Assembly: GCF_001194135.2 (NCBI RefSeq)
Contig: NC_068990.1
Location: forward strand, 17,748,959 to 17,812,958
DNA from: Octopus bimaculoides
Taxonomy: Eukaryota
Reading direction: 5' to 3'
Length of the DNA: 64,000 nt
Shown here: one piece after another, positions 23,829-38,400 of the stretch
Layout: each line of letters starts with the position of its first letter
Position numbering within the stretch: position 1 is the first letter of the stretch
Program-made: the position numbers and the translations under genes
Notes under the pieces: model-generated
What the model was told of the DNA's origin: nothing
Seen by the model: the letters and a program-made list of their open reading frames with translations, nothing else
Database searches by the model: none

Positions 23829-25280
23829 TTCTTGAATGATTTCTTTTTTGTCTTTAAAATATGTTATTCTTCTCCACTTAGTTTTGCTGCTTCACCAAGC
23901 AAATGTAGTTCTGATGATAGTTGTGAAATAATAATAATAATAATAATAATATTGCTCAATAGTGCACCACCATCACTAGCCACCAAAAAATCAATATATT
24001 ATTTTAGTTGATGAAAGTTTTCCATTGGTAGAAATTAAATTGCTTGAAGTTGTTTCAAAGTGAACTACAAAGATGATGATTAGATTTTTCCTTTTTTTGC
24101 AGCCTCCCTACCTCACTGTTTATTATTTTTTTTTATAGTCAGGAATCAAAATGGTTTACTTAAGTCAGCATAACAAACTGAAGAATTTGAGTTTTTCTTT
24201 TAGTTCTGTAAGTTGTTGTGTAACAACTGGTTTTAGTGCAATAATTTCCCAAAATTTTAAGTAACAAAAGCATAATGTAATATTAAAATGTGAAGAAAAT
24301 TACATGTGAATAAATAGAAGAGGCTGGGAAAAAAAATTGAGAAATATTTTTATTTTATTTTATAGATTTCCTATCACAATTATATCATAAACTATTCTGA
24401 AACAGATATTTACCTAAAACAATTTTGTCTTAATTTCTTATTTCACTTTCTCTACTATTCTATAAAAGACTATATATTTAACTATACTCAGTTATATTCT
24501 CTCTGCACCCACCCCACCAAATTATTTTAGGTCACACAAAATTAGCATTCACTGAGTTTTTTTTTCTTTTATAGCCTTTCAATGGTGTATCATTTAGTAT
24601 GATAGACAGGTAGATGTTTTAATTTAATGCTATTTCAGTTATGTTCACTCATCTTAGTTTTACAGTCTTGTAAGCTTTCTGCAATCTCAGTGAATGTATT
24701 ATTCACTATTTCCTATATATTGAAGCACAGCATTGATGAACCCCAACTAGGCTGAAATGCAGCTGTTCTCTTGAGTTATTGTTGAGGCAATGTTCACCTT
24801 GCTCTGATATATAATCCTGTGTCTTCAACAAAAGCATATGAAAACATTTTCTCTCAGACAAAATCCACAACATCATGTGCCTTTCAACAGTGTATATACT
24901 TTTAGTATGATGCACAGGTGGCAATTTTATGTAATTTCCATATTTTATGTGATTAAGCTCTCTTTAGAATTTTTTTTAGGTCTGGTTGGAAGGTGCTGTA
25001 TTTAATTTTGTTTTAATTCTTGCAAAATGTTGATGCTTTCTGTTTATATCACTTTTGAATCTAACCAATTACATATTGGGGTCAACCTGGATGGTTATAT
25101 TACTTCCCTATGCTCAATCTTATTTCTCAGTTAAAAGTGAAAAATAATTTCCTTTTCCAACCACTTGGTTCTGGGTTCAATCCCATTGCGTGACACCTTA
25201 GGCAAATGTCTTCTATAGTCTTGGGTTGACTAAAGCCCTGTGAGTGGATTTGGTAGATGGAAACTAAAAGAAGTCCATCA

Positions 25281-25369
<89 letters not shown>

Positions 25370-25639
25370 GTGTCTGTGTTTATCCCCACATTATCGCTTG
25401 ACAACTGATGTTGCTGTATTTATGTCCCTATAACTTAGCGGTCTGGCAAAAGAGGCCAATAGGATAAGTGAACTGTTTGCATGAAGTCTTAGTTTTTGCT
25501 TTGAAGCACTATTGGTTGAGCAAGCCACCACCAATTCTTTACTCCTTTAACACCCTCGAACGCGGTTCCCAACATGACAGAGAAATACAAAGCAAATAAG
25601 AGTGGTGCAAGAACACAACCTTGTTTTGTACTATTTGAG

Positions 25640-26300
25640 ACTGAATGAATTGGACACTTCCCCGCTAGATCTGACAGAAGCCATCATCCTTTGATGGAAA
25701 GAAATTATGATATTGAGCATCCCTAGATACAGTGTTGAAAGCTTTAGATAAACGAAAGTGACAAAAATGTCTTGGTTGTGGTCATAAGCCTTTTCCTGCA
25801 GCAGCCTTTGGCTAAAAATTCTATCCACTCTGACTCTACCAGCCCGAAATCCACACAGAGATCCAGGCAACACAAAGCTGGCAAGGGCATCATTTAGTCT
25901 ATTTAAGATAACCCTTCCAAGGATCTTCCCAGGAACACACAAGAGGGAAATACCTTTATGGTTGTCATATTCACATTTGTTACCTTTGAGCTTATAAAAG
26001 ATGGACAATAGAAGCGTCTTTGAACTCTTGTGGGACTGATCCTTAGAAGAGTTCATATAACTTGTTCAACAGGAGACTGCTATCACATTCATATATCTTG
26101 GTTGGTATGCCATCGTTCCCAAATGTCTTTCCATTTGTGATCTGTTTCATGGCCTTTTTTTTTCAGCATTTGAGGAGCAACTGACAGTTCTTCAAGGACA
26201 GGCCTTTGTGGTAGGCTGATGATCAGTTCTTCATCAACTATTGAGCCCAATTCAGAATATTTGAAAAGTACTCTGCCCAGCGCTTCATGATCTTTTTATG
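25640..26300 (-). mobile_element. LINE reverse transcriptase fragment (RTE-like), decayed
   Basis: KGNKCEYDNHKGISLLCVPGKILGRVILNRL...LPGSLCGFRAGR...DRIFSQRLLQEK...VTFVYL covers non-LTR RT subdomains 1-3; frameshifts and stops are present. Confidence 0.85.
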
Positions 26301-26317
26301 TCAGATATATATATTCT

Positions 26318-26714
26318 TTTATTTGTTTGTCATTTGACTGTGGCCATACTGGAGCACTACCTTTAGTTGAGCAAATCGATCCCAGGAATTATTCTTTGTA
26401 AGCCTGGTACTTATTCTCTTGGGCTTTTTTGCCGAACCGCTAAGTTACGGGGATGTAAACACACCAACATCAGTGATGGGGGGACAAACACGGATACACA
26501 AACATATATACACACATATACACACACACATATATATATATACATATATATGACAGGCTTCTTTCAGTTTCCATCTACCAAATCCACTCACAAGGCTTTG
26601 GTCGGCCCGAGGCTATAGTAGAAGACATTTACCCTAAGTGCCACACAGTGGGACCGAACCCGGAACTATGTGGTTGATAAGCAAGCTACTTACCACATAG
26701 CCATTCCTGCGCCT
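26318..26714 (-). mobile_element. Near full-length tRNA-derived SINE (family A), young copy
   Basis: A-box-like TGGCTATGTGG and B-box-like GGTTCGGTCCC head, (TA/CA)n middle, conserved 3' body with CpGs retained. Many older copies occur, e.g. near 36-338, 12600-12960, 13213-13550, 19810-20220, 22360-22730, 25160-25470, 28570-28865, 36240-36400, 47580-47940, 56480-56840 and 59670-59800 (approximate). Confidence 0.85.
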
Positions 26715-26715
26715 A

Positions 26716-26754
<39 letters not shown>

Positions 26755-28107
26755 AATATTTCCCTTATAATAATAAATTATACACCTTCCCTCAAATTAT
26801 TGCATTGTTCAGCCCCAGGCTAACGCTGAGCAATCCTCTGATCAAAAGCATTCTGTGTCCAACTTGTCTTTTAGGGCTGTGTAAGAATACATTATATAAC
26901 ATCCCCTTTGTTTAAGGTGGAGTAAGATTTTAGGGATATTTGACTGCTATGTTTACCAAGTGGAGCAATTGTGTAAAATTTTTCTTGTTGGTTCAGTCCT
27001 CTATACTTATTTACAGCTGGTTTTTTCGACCAGTATGAAATTGTCTTGGTCATAGACAGTGGATAAGACTGGGCGATGAATAATGTCTAGTAATATTCCT
27101 TGCTGGTTGACTGTTAGGCAGCCTTCTAAAATGACCAGCACTGACCAACACAGATCTGTTAGCTATATAATAGCTATAATAAAAGCCACTTGTTTTTTTT
27201 TTCTTTTTTATGTAATTAGGTGGCTTATTCGTGGTTGGTTTAATGAGTATTACTGATAAATATTTTAATGACCCTGGGGAAATAAATGACTAACATTGAC
27301 AATTGTATGAGGATTGGAATTTAAAATTCTGCTGAGCAACTACATTATATATGTCCTCCAATGGCAGCTGTAGTAACACTGTCATCTTAGAAAAATGCTA
27401 GATCTGAATATTATAAGCTATGAGAGTTCCTTGAAGTGTTTGATAGATTCAGTTGCTGTGGAGGGTAAGGAATCTTGTACTTTTGGGCCACTTTCCTTTC
27501 ATTTAAAAGAGAGAGATAGAGAGATGAAGCAGTGGTGTTGGTGCTAACTTGAAGTACAAAGTTGCAACACTGCTTTCTTGTTCTCAGAAAAGTATGGAGG
27601 CATCCAGCTGTAGAAACCATACTAAAATAGACACTGAAGCCTTGTACAGGGCGTGGCCTTACCAGCTCATGTCAAACTATCCGACCCATGCCAGCATGGA
27701 AAATGGACGTTAAATGATGATTTTTGTTGAAATAAAACTACTTTTTGGTATAAAGTTTTATTTTTTAAATAATGAAGAATTTAGTAGAATACCATTCTCA
27801 TTATTAAGCTGGTGTTTGGAACTTAAATTGACAGGAAATTTTGATGGAAAGTTTTTAGATTATTTTAAAGACAAGAAGTTTGTATTGGGCAGGTTGATAT
27901 CAAATGGGTTAAATTGCTCCTCCCACCCCACCTCGTCATTGGCTGATCTAGTCTGGGATTTATTGTGATTAAATAAAAAACAAAAAACAAAAAGTGACTG
28001 GATGGTTATGGCTGGGATGCCTTTGAACATAAATCTTTTATCACATTTCTGCAGAAATACATTACCTTTTTTGTTGTCTTGGGAGATTTAATATACCAAT
28101 AATGCAC

Positions 28108-28213
28108 GTGAGTCAGTTAGTTAAATATCTAACCAACTAACCGATTGATCGTTTAATGCGTTAGTTAAACAATCAATCAATTAGTTAGTTGGTTAGATAT
28201 TTAACTGACTAAC
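28108..28213. repeat. Short fold-back inverted repeat
   Basis: Perfect 22-bp arms GTTAAATATCTAACCAACTAAC (28120-28141 and 28184-28205), extended imperfectly inward and outward. Confidence 0.85.
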
Positions 28214-30909
28214 AATAAACAAGTAGAATTGAACTGGTGCATATGTTGTTATTGATGTAATGACTTCCTTAAGACACAACAAAATTTGTTTCAAGAATCT
28301 TGCAAACCAAACACAAAAATGAAGTACCCTACATTTCAAATTCATTTTTTAAATAATGAAGAAATTAGTAAAATAACATTATCGTTACTAAACAGGTGTT
28401 TGGAACTTAAATTAATACAAAATTTCGATGGAAGCTTTTAACTTTAAAACAGGATGTTTGCATTGTAGGACTTGGAGCAGTCTTAGGTGGACTGGTATCA
28501 AAAAAGTTGAACTCTTCTGGAATCTTTACAACAGATTAATTATTACTAATGCTAAATCATCACTGGTTGCATTACTTTCTTTGTGGTTAAGAAGATCACT
28601 TTGTAACTGTGTGGTTTCAAGTTCAGTCTCACTGTGTGGCACCTTGGGCAAGTGTTTTTTCTGGAAACTGTGGAAGCTCATTGAATGTATATGTGTTTGT
28701 CCCCTCCCCTTATCATTTGACAACCAGTGTTGATTTATGTCCCCCGTAACTTATCAGTTTGACAAAAGAGACTGAGAGAATAAGTACTAAACTTTAAAAT
28801 AAGTACTGGAGTCAATTTGCTCCAGTGTGACCACAGTTCATTGACTGAAACAAGCAAAAGATAAAAAAAAAAAATGATCACAATGTTTACCTACCACATT
28901 AAAAAAAAACATGTTACTCAAGCTACCTTGACACATCAATACCAAATCCATTAGTAGGTATAAACTCTACAATCTGTGACCCAATTATTCGATGGTTTAT
29001 AAATAGAATTCTTAACTGTACCAACACACCTATAGTGTCAATTCTATGACTACAATTCTACAATTTTCCATAGGAAGTACACTGTAATGAAAGCTAGTGT
29101 TAATTATCGAATCCTTGATAGTAGCATAAAATTTAAAAGAAGTTTCCTCTGTGGTTGTTTGGTTGGTTTTAAAAATGACTACACACACATTTACTTGAGC
29201 ACTTTACTGTTTTGTCATGATTAATCAGTTTTTAATTTCTCTCTATCCATGTATTTGTTTATTTTTATACTTTTAAACATTTCCCAATTGACAAAGATAC
29301 AGATTTATAGTTAGAAGAATCTTAAAATGATATTGCTGCTATTTCTAGCAGATCGTGATCATGCAGCAGCTCCGTGTTGCCTCATCACTGAGACTTCAAA
29401 TATATTGCTTTAGTAACAGTTGTTATAATATAAGCATCAAATTTAATCAATACTTGAATTGAAAATTGTGTCCCTGGTGTGAACAAAACTGTATGAAATA
29501 TAAAACTGTCCAGAAATCTAATAAAAGATGATAAATAGATTAGAGTTCATACAGATAACCTAAAATGTGAAAAATCATGAAATTAGTTTAACTATTTCGT
29601 TGTAATGCTGGTATCTAAATTTAACTGGGAACAATTGATGTTACTATTCTTCATAATGGCAAGGGTTTGTGTATGATGTGTACGACTTGCTAAGCTTCAA
29701 AACCACATGCTTCTAAGTTCAATCTCAGTGAATGCTACTTTAGATAAATATCTTCTGTCATAGACTTAGGGTTGATCAAAGCCTTGCATGTGAGGTGTGT
29801 GTGTGTAATATTTGCTAGATAAAATCTCTGTGGCAGCTTATCGGGTGTGTGTGTGTGTGTTTGTATGTAGCTATCACTAAGTATTTGTTTGCTACACTGA
29901 TTTTGTTTGTACCTCCACTAGATTATGTCTCTCAAAACTATGCAAGGAACATGTTTACATTGTTATAAATTAGCTTAAAAAAAAGCCATACTCTCTGCGA
30001 ATTTTTAAGCTAGCTCCTACAGGGGGCTAATTGGGCCTCTGGCCCAAAACTAAGGACAGATAAATGGCACAACTCTAATACATTTATAATGACTATATGT
30101 CCTGGTGGTGTTTGATTAGAGGTTAAGAATGGATGAGAATTAATTCTGTAATGCAATCGTTCATTCTATTGTTCCAGTCCCAAGTTGAATTCCAACTGTT
30201 GGCCAATTTGTCCCAAAGTTCTTATCTTGACAGAAAATTAAGAAAGCGAATGTCATTTATCTCCCCCTTGATCTCTGATGTCCTCTGACAAACGCCAACC
30301 AAGATGGCATGAATCAGCCAAGCTTTACCTGCTAGAAATAGCAACCCAAATGCTTTTAAATCAGATCCCAATGCTAGATGTTCAAGAACCAAATGAAGGG
30401 CAGATTTTTAATCCTGGGATCATCCTGATTCCCCAAAAATGTAATATGTCTATATTAGAGCAAATGTAGATTGAGATACAAGGGTCCCAGATGGACAGAT
30501 AGAATTTTGCTTCATTATCACCATTAAAAGTTTTCTAATATTTCAATTTCAGTATTTCTGATTCATATTGTTGTGCATGTGTGTGTGTGTGTGTGTGTTT
30601 TACATGTTCTCTGTGTTTCTGGATTTTTCAAATGCTTAATTATCATATTCTTCACATAAGAGTGTATTGTTACTTTGAATTTGAAATGATTCATTAAGTT
30701 CTCTTGTGAGAACTACAAACTTGTGGGATTCTGATATGGGTTTGTGTCTATGTATGAAAAAATACATATCATCTTCATCATTTCCTGAAGTACTGAAATA
30801 AATTTAAATACCAGAAAGCTTGTCTCTCTGACAGACTACATAACAATACAAATGATAATGAACTACATATGAGAAGGTAAAAAAACATTTCTTCTAAGCT
30901 TCTTTTCCA

Positions 30910-30941
<32 letters not shown>

Positions 30942-33900
30942 TTACGTAAGTGCATGTATATATGTAGGCCTACCATGCTAGAATGACATTGGTGGAAGAT
31001 GTGGTCCTCCTGCCCATTGAATTCTCTCGAACCATCCTACCTATGCCAGCATGGAAAGCAGACATAAAATGATGATAAATATTGTATATATGCCTAGTTG
31101 TACCCAGACAAAATTTGTGCAGTGAACAAATACTTTGTGATGTGTAGTTATGTTTCTTTATACCAAAGTTTTCCATCCTTCACAAGAGATCAATAAAATA
31201 CAATTGACTAAACACCTTGCAGCGGTTGCTCTCGTATGGCTACATTCCAGTGACTGAAATGCTGAAAAGTCTTCTTAAAAGATGCTAAAGTTGTTGATAT
31301 AGTTTGATGAAATATTGGAGTCATTTTATTTACGCATAATTACACCTGTCTACTACATCTCCATTTTGTATTGTTTATTATTTGGTGACCTCAATAGTGC
31401 TGGTACCATGGAAAAAGACCTAGTATATGTATAATCTGTAAAGTGGTTGGAATTAGGAAGGGGATCCAACCATATAAACCCCACCGGAGCAAGCAGTGGA
31501 GCTTGTTGGATTCTGTCAAACCATCCAGCCTATGCCAGCATGGAAAGTGGATCTTAAATGCTGAACTGCCATGAATCTGTTGTAAAGTCAGTGTCTTGAG
31601 GTACATAATAGGAACATTCTGGGGACATTTTAAGCATAAGATCTTTGAGGATTAGAGTGTCAGTGATTCAGCTTTCTTAATTCCACTTGGCAGTTGTTTC
31701 AATGTTACCTTGATGCTAATTAGTATGATGCCTGAAACTATCGAAACTGCAATAACAGTGAAACATAATGGCAGCGAGAGGGTTAAGTTTGATGGACATG
31801 CAGTGTCCATCTCATCATCACCAGTCCACCTGGCTGACAAAGCCTTGAACCAGTCGGCCTCTGATGAAAGACATTACAGCTTTCAACATTTTGACTGGTT
31901 TCAGGCACACTAAATCTATGAGTACATTATCTAATGTGTTCTTTTTTGAAGTTGATAGGGTAGGGTGTAATTTCAGTGAGTTTTGGCTACTATTTCTAGC
32001 AGACCAAGAAACCATATAGAGGCACTCTCGGTTCATTGATGTAGTTTAATCCCATGTTTTTCATTTTTTTCTCTGGCATAGTCCACCCTGGACCACATTA
32101 TGTGATGTTATTTCTATCCTAAGATGGTTGAATATATTTCTTGCCAGCTGAGTGATTATGTTGAAGTTTGCGTTATGGTTGAATGATTAGCAGAGAGAAG
32201 GCTACATAGTTACATAAATGATTCCTACAGAAATAAACATATCAACACTAGTATAGAACAAATGGATGGAAGGCAGTGTGTATGTGTACATATCTGCATT
32301 TTGTACTTGGGTGTGTGTGATAAACCTGTTTTACATGGAAAACCTCATTTGCGGCTATTACATTGTCTTCTTTATCTGACTGTGAGAAGAGTTGTGCTGG
32401 AATTATGCAAATGTATAAATCTGTACAATTCACTCATTTCTTTCATCTATTTGTTCATATGCTAAACTGGATATAAAATAGTTGAAAAACAAAATATCTG
32501 AAGAGAATTGTATAGATTAGGATGATTTAATGAAATATTATGATTTTAAAGATTGAGAATATTAAAAATGTAATTTTGCAAGTTTGGCATCCAAATGTCT
32601 CGACAATATTAGTCTGTCAAAAGCTGGTGGTGACTAATGTTGGAGAACATAAATTAACATTAAAGCATAAACTTTAAAATCAATTGATTTCTTATATTGG
32701 CACAAGGTGGGGATCACATTTGTGTCAGAGAGGAGGAGAGAGAACTGGAGGCGGGGTTGTGGTTTATTTGAATCAATACTACTGTCTGCCTGATTATTAA
32801 TTCATCAAATTCATTAAGATGAATGAATGGCAAAGTCCATCAGAATTTGAACTCTGAACATATGCATTCATCTCTATCCGTCTGCCACTCTCCTTTCACA
32901 CTCTTGCAAACTTATCCTATCCTCTCATCCTGTCTGATCCTCTTTTCCACTTAGTTTCATCTGTCTCTACCTTGAGAGAATGCCTTGACACCTTGTCACC
33001 ACCACCATCTTTCTTTTTTCAGTAGGGGTAGTCGTGTATCTCTTCCATGGCAAGATGTCTGTTCTTGTCTCTTTGTTAAACTTAAACCTTTCATCATTTG
33101 GTACAAAGCCACCTCCTTTAATACTACACCCCCTCAGTTGAGTCATGTCTTGAGAGTTACTTGGTGACCTCCCTAGTATTGGTGCCACATAAAAAGTTCA
33201 CAGTATGCTCTTTAAAACAGTTGACATTAGGAAATCCATCCAGCTACAGAAACCAGACTAAAACAGCATTGGAGTTAGCTTGTTGGTCATATTGAACCAT
33301 CTGACCTATGCCAGCATGGAAAATAGACTTTAAATAGATGATCCAAGTATTGAGCTGTGTTTATGTTGGTCTACCAATTTTTGAGGATATGGTTGATTAT
33401 GTTATCCCCAGTAGCTATTTTCACCAACTTGTTCTGTTTTATAGATCTTTGATTGTGGAAATGTTAGTGGACCCAGACAGGATTCGAACTCAGAATGTAA
33501 AGTGACTTAAATAACACAAAGTATTTTGTCATAGTTTACTACTACTATGTAGTATTTGGTCTAGCCAGCTACAGTTTGCCATTCCACTCCCGATTTATAT
33601 ACTAATATGCTATCATTGGTGGTGCAGTAGTTGGAAGATCATCATATTTGTTGTAACATCCATTTTCCCATGCTGTCATGGATCAGATGGAATTTGTTGA
33701 CGCAGATTTTCTGTGTCCAGACACCCTTCTTCTCACCGGCCCTCATCTGTTTCCAAGCAAAGTAATAATCTCTTAGTCTAACAAACACTAAACACCCTAG
33801 ACATAACCACAAGTCTTTTTTCCTTCTTTTTACAAACATCACACACCATGTCAAGACATCTCACAAAGCTTCGATGGACTTTTGCACTTGACTGTGAGCA

Positions 33901-34830
33901 TACAGCACTGCTTGTGTTTGATAGTAAGGGTGTTTTGTTTATGAAAATATGAAATCATTCACACAAGCAGATACATGCATACACACTCGCACACCGCACA
34001 CACGTATGCAACAGGTTTCTTTCAGTTTCTGTCTACCAATTTCACACACAAGGCATTGGCCCAATCATGGCTATCCAATACTGTTTACACAGTGGGATTG
34101 AGCTCCTAGCCACATGCTTCTAATGCAAACCACACTGAAAGATCTTATTTCTTTTAGCTGTAGTTGACACCCTAGTTGCATCTCTATTTCTGAGATGTTA
34201 GAGATAACAATATAAATAAGATATACGGCTGAGATAACTGATACTTTCCTGACTTTTTTGTACCGTCACCAGTAAGATTTATTGCACAGGGTTATTATGT
34301 AACCCAATTCTTTCTGTAACAATACTGTCTGAAGAAGTTCATTTTCTGAAGTGCTTTGTCAATAATGTAATATAAACAAGGTCACAATCCTCCGGTTTGC
34401 AGTATTTAAAATGTCTTTAACATAATAGAAATATTTTGTTACGTTTTTAATAGTGTCATGTTTTTTTCTTGTATTGAATTTTTTTATTAGCTTTCTATTT
34501 TCTTTTTAATTATTATTCTGTCATGGTGTTTATCTGGTTTGTTGTGCAGATTTTGATCATTTTAATACTTCATTGGAAATAAAGATTGATTTCTAATTCT
34601 AGCCAGGGAAATACATAAAGGGTAAATGTTATTTGAATACGGTTGGAGATTGGGCTATGCAAAACAGTAGTTCATCCTGTTGTCAAACACTGCTTGACTT
34701 GAGCCAACTAAGGGGGCTTATATGTGGTCTATCAACCTGCTAAAAGTAGCAGTAAATCTTCTTTGAATCACATACCTGTCCGTCTTTAAAAAGGAAAATG
34801 GTGTTGGATAATGTAGTCCTAGATATACTA

Positions 34831-35478
34831 CTAGGTGGTATCAAAAAGTTCTCAGACTAGTTCTGTAGCATGCCAACGGATGGCAGTACACGGTTGTGTG
34901 CTCAGTGAGAGCTAGCAGTGACCTTCACAAGGCAGTGTGCCAAGTTGCATCACTGTGTTTACTTCACAAGTTGTGAAATTTGTGTTTTTGTGATCATGTA
35001 TATATTATAGTTTGTAATTTTTTCATGGTCAGGAACCAAAAGCCAATGTGAAATTTTGCATTGAACTTGGGAAGTCTGCTACAGAGACATTGAGCATGCT
35101 TTGGCAAGCTTATGGCAATGGGTCATACACAATGTTTCAAGTGGCACAGGTGCTTCAAATGCAGAATAACATCCCTGGAAGACCTGCCACAAGTGTTCCA
35201 CTCACCTTCTCTGAAATGTGGAGAAAATTCATCAGCTTGTGTATAAGGATCATCTGAGGACAAATCAATGATGTTTTGAAGCATTTGAAGGAGGATAACA
35301 TTTGGTGAAAGCAACTGGATCTGCGGAGCACAAAGAATTGGATTCTTCATGACAACAATGTCACTGAGCTCTCCTCACTCGTGAGCTTCTCACCAAAAAC
35401 AACATAGTATCATTTCTGCACCCACCCTATTCACCAGATTTAGCACCTGTGGACCTTCATCTCTTCCCCAGCTCAAAG
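34831..35478 (+). mobile_element. Internally deleted mariner element
   Basis: TA followed by CTAGGTGGTATCAAAAAGTTC TIR-like 5' end; N-terminal KFCIELGKSATETLSML (35048 onward); later HPPYSPDLAP motif (35419 onward). The middle is missing and the right TIR was not found. Confidence 0.85.
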
Positions 35479-38400
35479 TTTGTCATTTTAATACTTTTAT
35501 TGAACCTCTAGGGTCAATAAAATAAAGTACCAGTCATGTATTGAGTGTCAATGGTATCAACTATTCCTCATCCCCTCAAAATTGCTACCCATGTCTCTAA
35601 TTCAGAAACCATTAAAGCAGAATCGTTAGCACATTGGACAAAATGCTTGGTGACATTTCTTCCTGTACTTTGTTCTGAGATCAAATCCTGCCAAGATCCA
35701 CTTTGCCTTTCAGGGTCATTAAAATGAGTACCAGTCACATGGTTGATGTAATCGCCCTCCCCTTCCTCTCATTGTTAGAATTACTGAGATTGTTTTTAAC
35801 TATCTCTCCTGTTACTATGGGAGTTGTTTCAATTATTTATTTCCTTTTTGTTTTCCTGTCATTTTCTTATCATACTCGATTTAAAACCTCTATTGTTTTT
35901 ATATGTTCTGGTAATGTTCCCCTCACCAGTTGACCCTGTTGTCCCAAGATAAATCATTAATGTCCTTGTTATTCTGTGTCTAAAAATGTCTTTTCACTGT
36001 CTTAAAGTCCGTGTATAGATGAATATTAATCCATAGAGAATGTAGTATTTGTAGTCTGTGCTATGTGTGCCACAAAATCAATCTTGCAAACAGTTGCTCT
36101 TCTGTTTTCTCTTCTAAGAAAAAACAAAACATTTCCTTGAAACAGACTTCAGTGTAAAGGTCTACATGAACAATATAAAGCCTGATATATCTTTCTTTTC
36201 TTTCTTCTAACTATTCTTTCTTTCTTTCTGTCTGTATAAAATACTATGGGATCCTTTCAGTTTCCTTCTACCAAATCCATTCAAGGCTTCGGTTGGCCTG
36301 AGGCTATAGTAGAAGTCACTTGCCCAAGGTGCCATGCAATGTGACTGAACCTGGAACCATGTGGTTGGGAAGCAAACTTCTTACCACACAGCCACACATT
36401 TTATTCTCTTTTTTTTTTTCTAACTCTTCCTTGCTTTTCACCATTTTGTCTTCTCTCTTTTCCCCCCACCTTTTCTTTCCCTTTCCTTCTCTTCCTGTTA
36501 TTTTTTTTCTATTTTTCTCCTAATTTCTTCATATCCCTCATTCTTTTCTTTCCCTATTTCCTTCTTTCTGTTCTTTATTTTTCTTCTATTCATTTTCTTT
36601 CTCCCTTCCTTTCATTCCTTTCCATATTTTATTCATTAATATTATAAAAGTTACTATTTACTGAAGAATGTCCTCCTCTTAATCTAAAACCCTAACAACT
36701 TTCATAATCCAAATACATTCTGATAAATTTTTTTACTAATTTCAGTCTTTGGACTGTGGCCATGGTGGGGCTCCACATGAAGGAGTTTTGACCAGGGAGA
36801 GAGAGTGGGATAGGGGAACAAGGTTGACTTCGTGGGATTTGAACTCATGACAATGAGAAAACCAAATGCCACAAAATATTTTGCCTGACACTCTACTGTT
36901 TCTGCTGGTCATCATACACAGTGTATTGTTGGAGGCGTTTGTACTTTCCATAAACATCAAACCGTCTCAGTGTTACTTTTTGTCTTGTATCACATCTGAT
37001 GCTGTTAAAGTTGTTTACAGTGGAATAGGAAGGGAAGATAACAGTAGACTACCGAAGTTATGGTGGGTTGGCTGGTTTCTATATTTGGCTGGCTGGCTTT
37101 TCCTAGTGTTTCTAAGAGTGCTCATAGCCTTGTGGTAATAGGAGATAGGGTCGGTGGGGAGGAAGAGCTTACTGGGGTTTTGAGGTGTAAGAATTCCAGC
37201 AGACTGGGGTGGTTGGGGGTAATTGGGGTAATGATAGGGAGTAGTGATGCTACTGGGAGTGAGGAAGGCAGGATGGTGGGGGGCTTTCTTCATGAGACTG
37301 TTGATATGTTTGTTAAACAGGGCTTTAATAGTTTAATAGAAAGCAGATGTAATTTCCAGAAATTGAGAGAAGCTTGTGATTTTAGTAATAATAGTAATGA
37401 TTTCAAATTTTGCTGTAGAGCTAACAATTTTAGGGACGGTGGGGCAAGTTAATTATATTGACCTAAATGGTCTTATCTTTTTTCTTGTTTCATTGATTAG
37501 ACCGCAGCCATACTGGGGCACAGCCTTGAACTTTTAGTCAAATGAATCAACCATTGAACTTTTCCCTTTTTAAAGCTTGGTACTTATTCTATTGGCCTTT
37601 TGCTCCGTTAACCCCAGTGCTTGACTGGTACTTTATTTTATCACCCCTGGTTGGATGAAAGTTAAGGTTGGTCTAGGTGGGATTTGAACTTAAAGCGTAG
37701 CAAGCCAGAAGAAATACTTCAGCATTTTTTTCTGATGTTTTAATGATTCTGTCAACTCTACATTGACCCAAGGTATCAAATTTGAAGAGATTAGGGTTAC
37801 TTGATAATATCAATCCCAGTATTTGACTGGTTCTCTATTTCACCAACTCCAGAGGAATGAAAGGTATTGTTGGGGCATTTACATGTTTCGTTTGCATCTG
37901 ATCCAGGGGTCAGCAAAGTTCTTATATCGCTGTCCCCATTTCATGGGGTCATCAATAACTTACCAATGCTCGTCTTGTAAATTTCTAAACTAAATTTTAA
38001 AAATATAATTAATAAGAAATTTGTTGATTTATAAACAACTCTTTTGTGTGCGTGTGTGATTACTGCGGTTTAATTAATATTTAAAGAAGTTTAAATGAAA
38101 ATATGTAACACAATTGACAAGCAACAATAATAATTTAGTGATATTAGTATAGTCAGAATATTTAATGTGAAGTAAGTGTTTGGTGAAAACTAGTTATTGC
38201 ATTGGTATTTGGCTGGAAATTAGTGACTTTCAGTCTTAGATTATTCTGCTTTTCCAGATTCAGTTCACTAATAATTCAGCACCCTTAATGTTCAAAATTG
38301 TTTCAGGTGTTTATAAATCCCCTTGGGTGAATATTGACCACTTTGCTTACACCTGGTCTGGACAGTTATACTTCTTCCTCCAACTTATCTAATGTATTTA

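Noticed and set aside
24726-24917. Frame with two in-frame TGA codons (SYC*G) suggesting a selenoprotein
   Set aside because: No convincing acceptor, no recognisable selenoprotein family and no SECIS identified; expected by chance in AT-rich DNA.
37015-37452. 130-aa and 92-aa ORFs on opposite strands
   Set aside because: Compositionally skewed (G-rich/C-rich), no splice sites or motif; probably decayed retroelement sequence.
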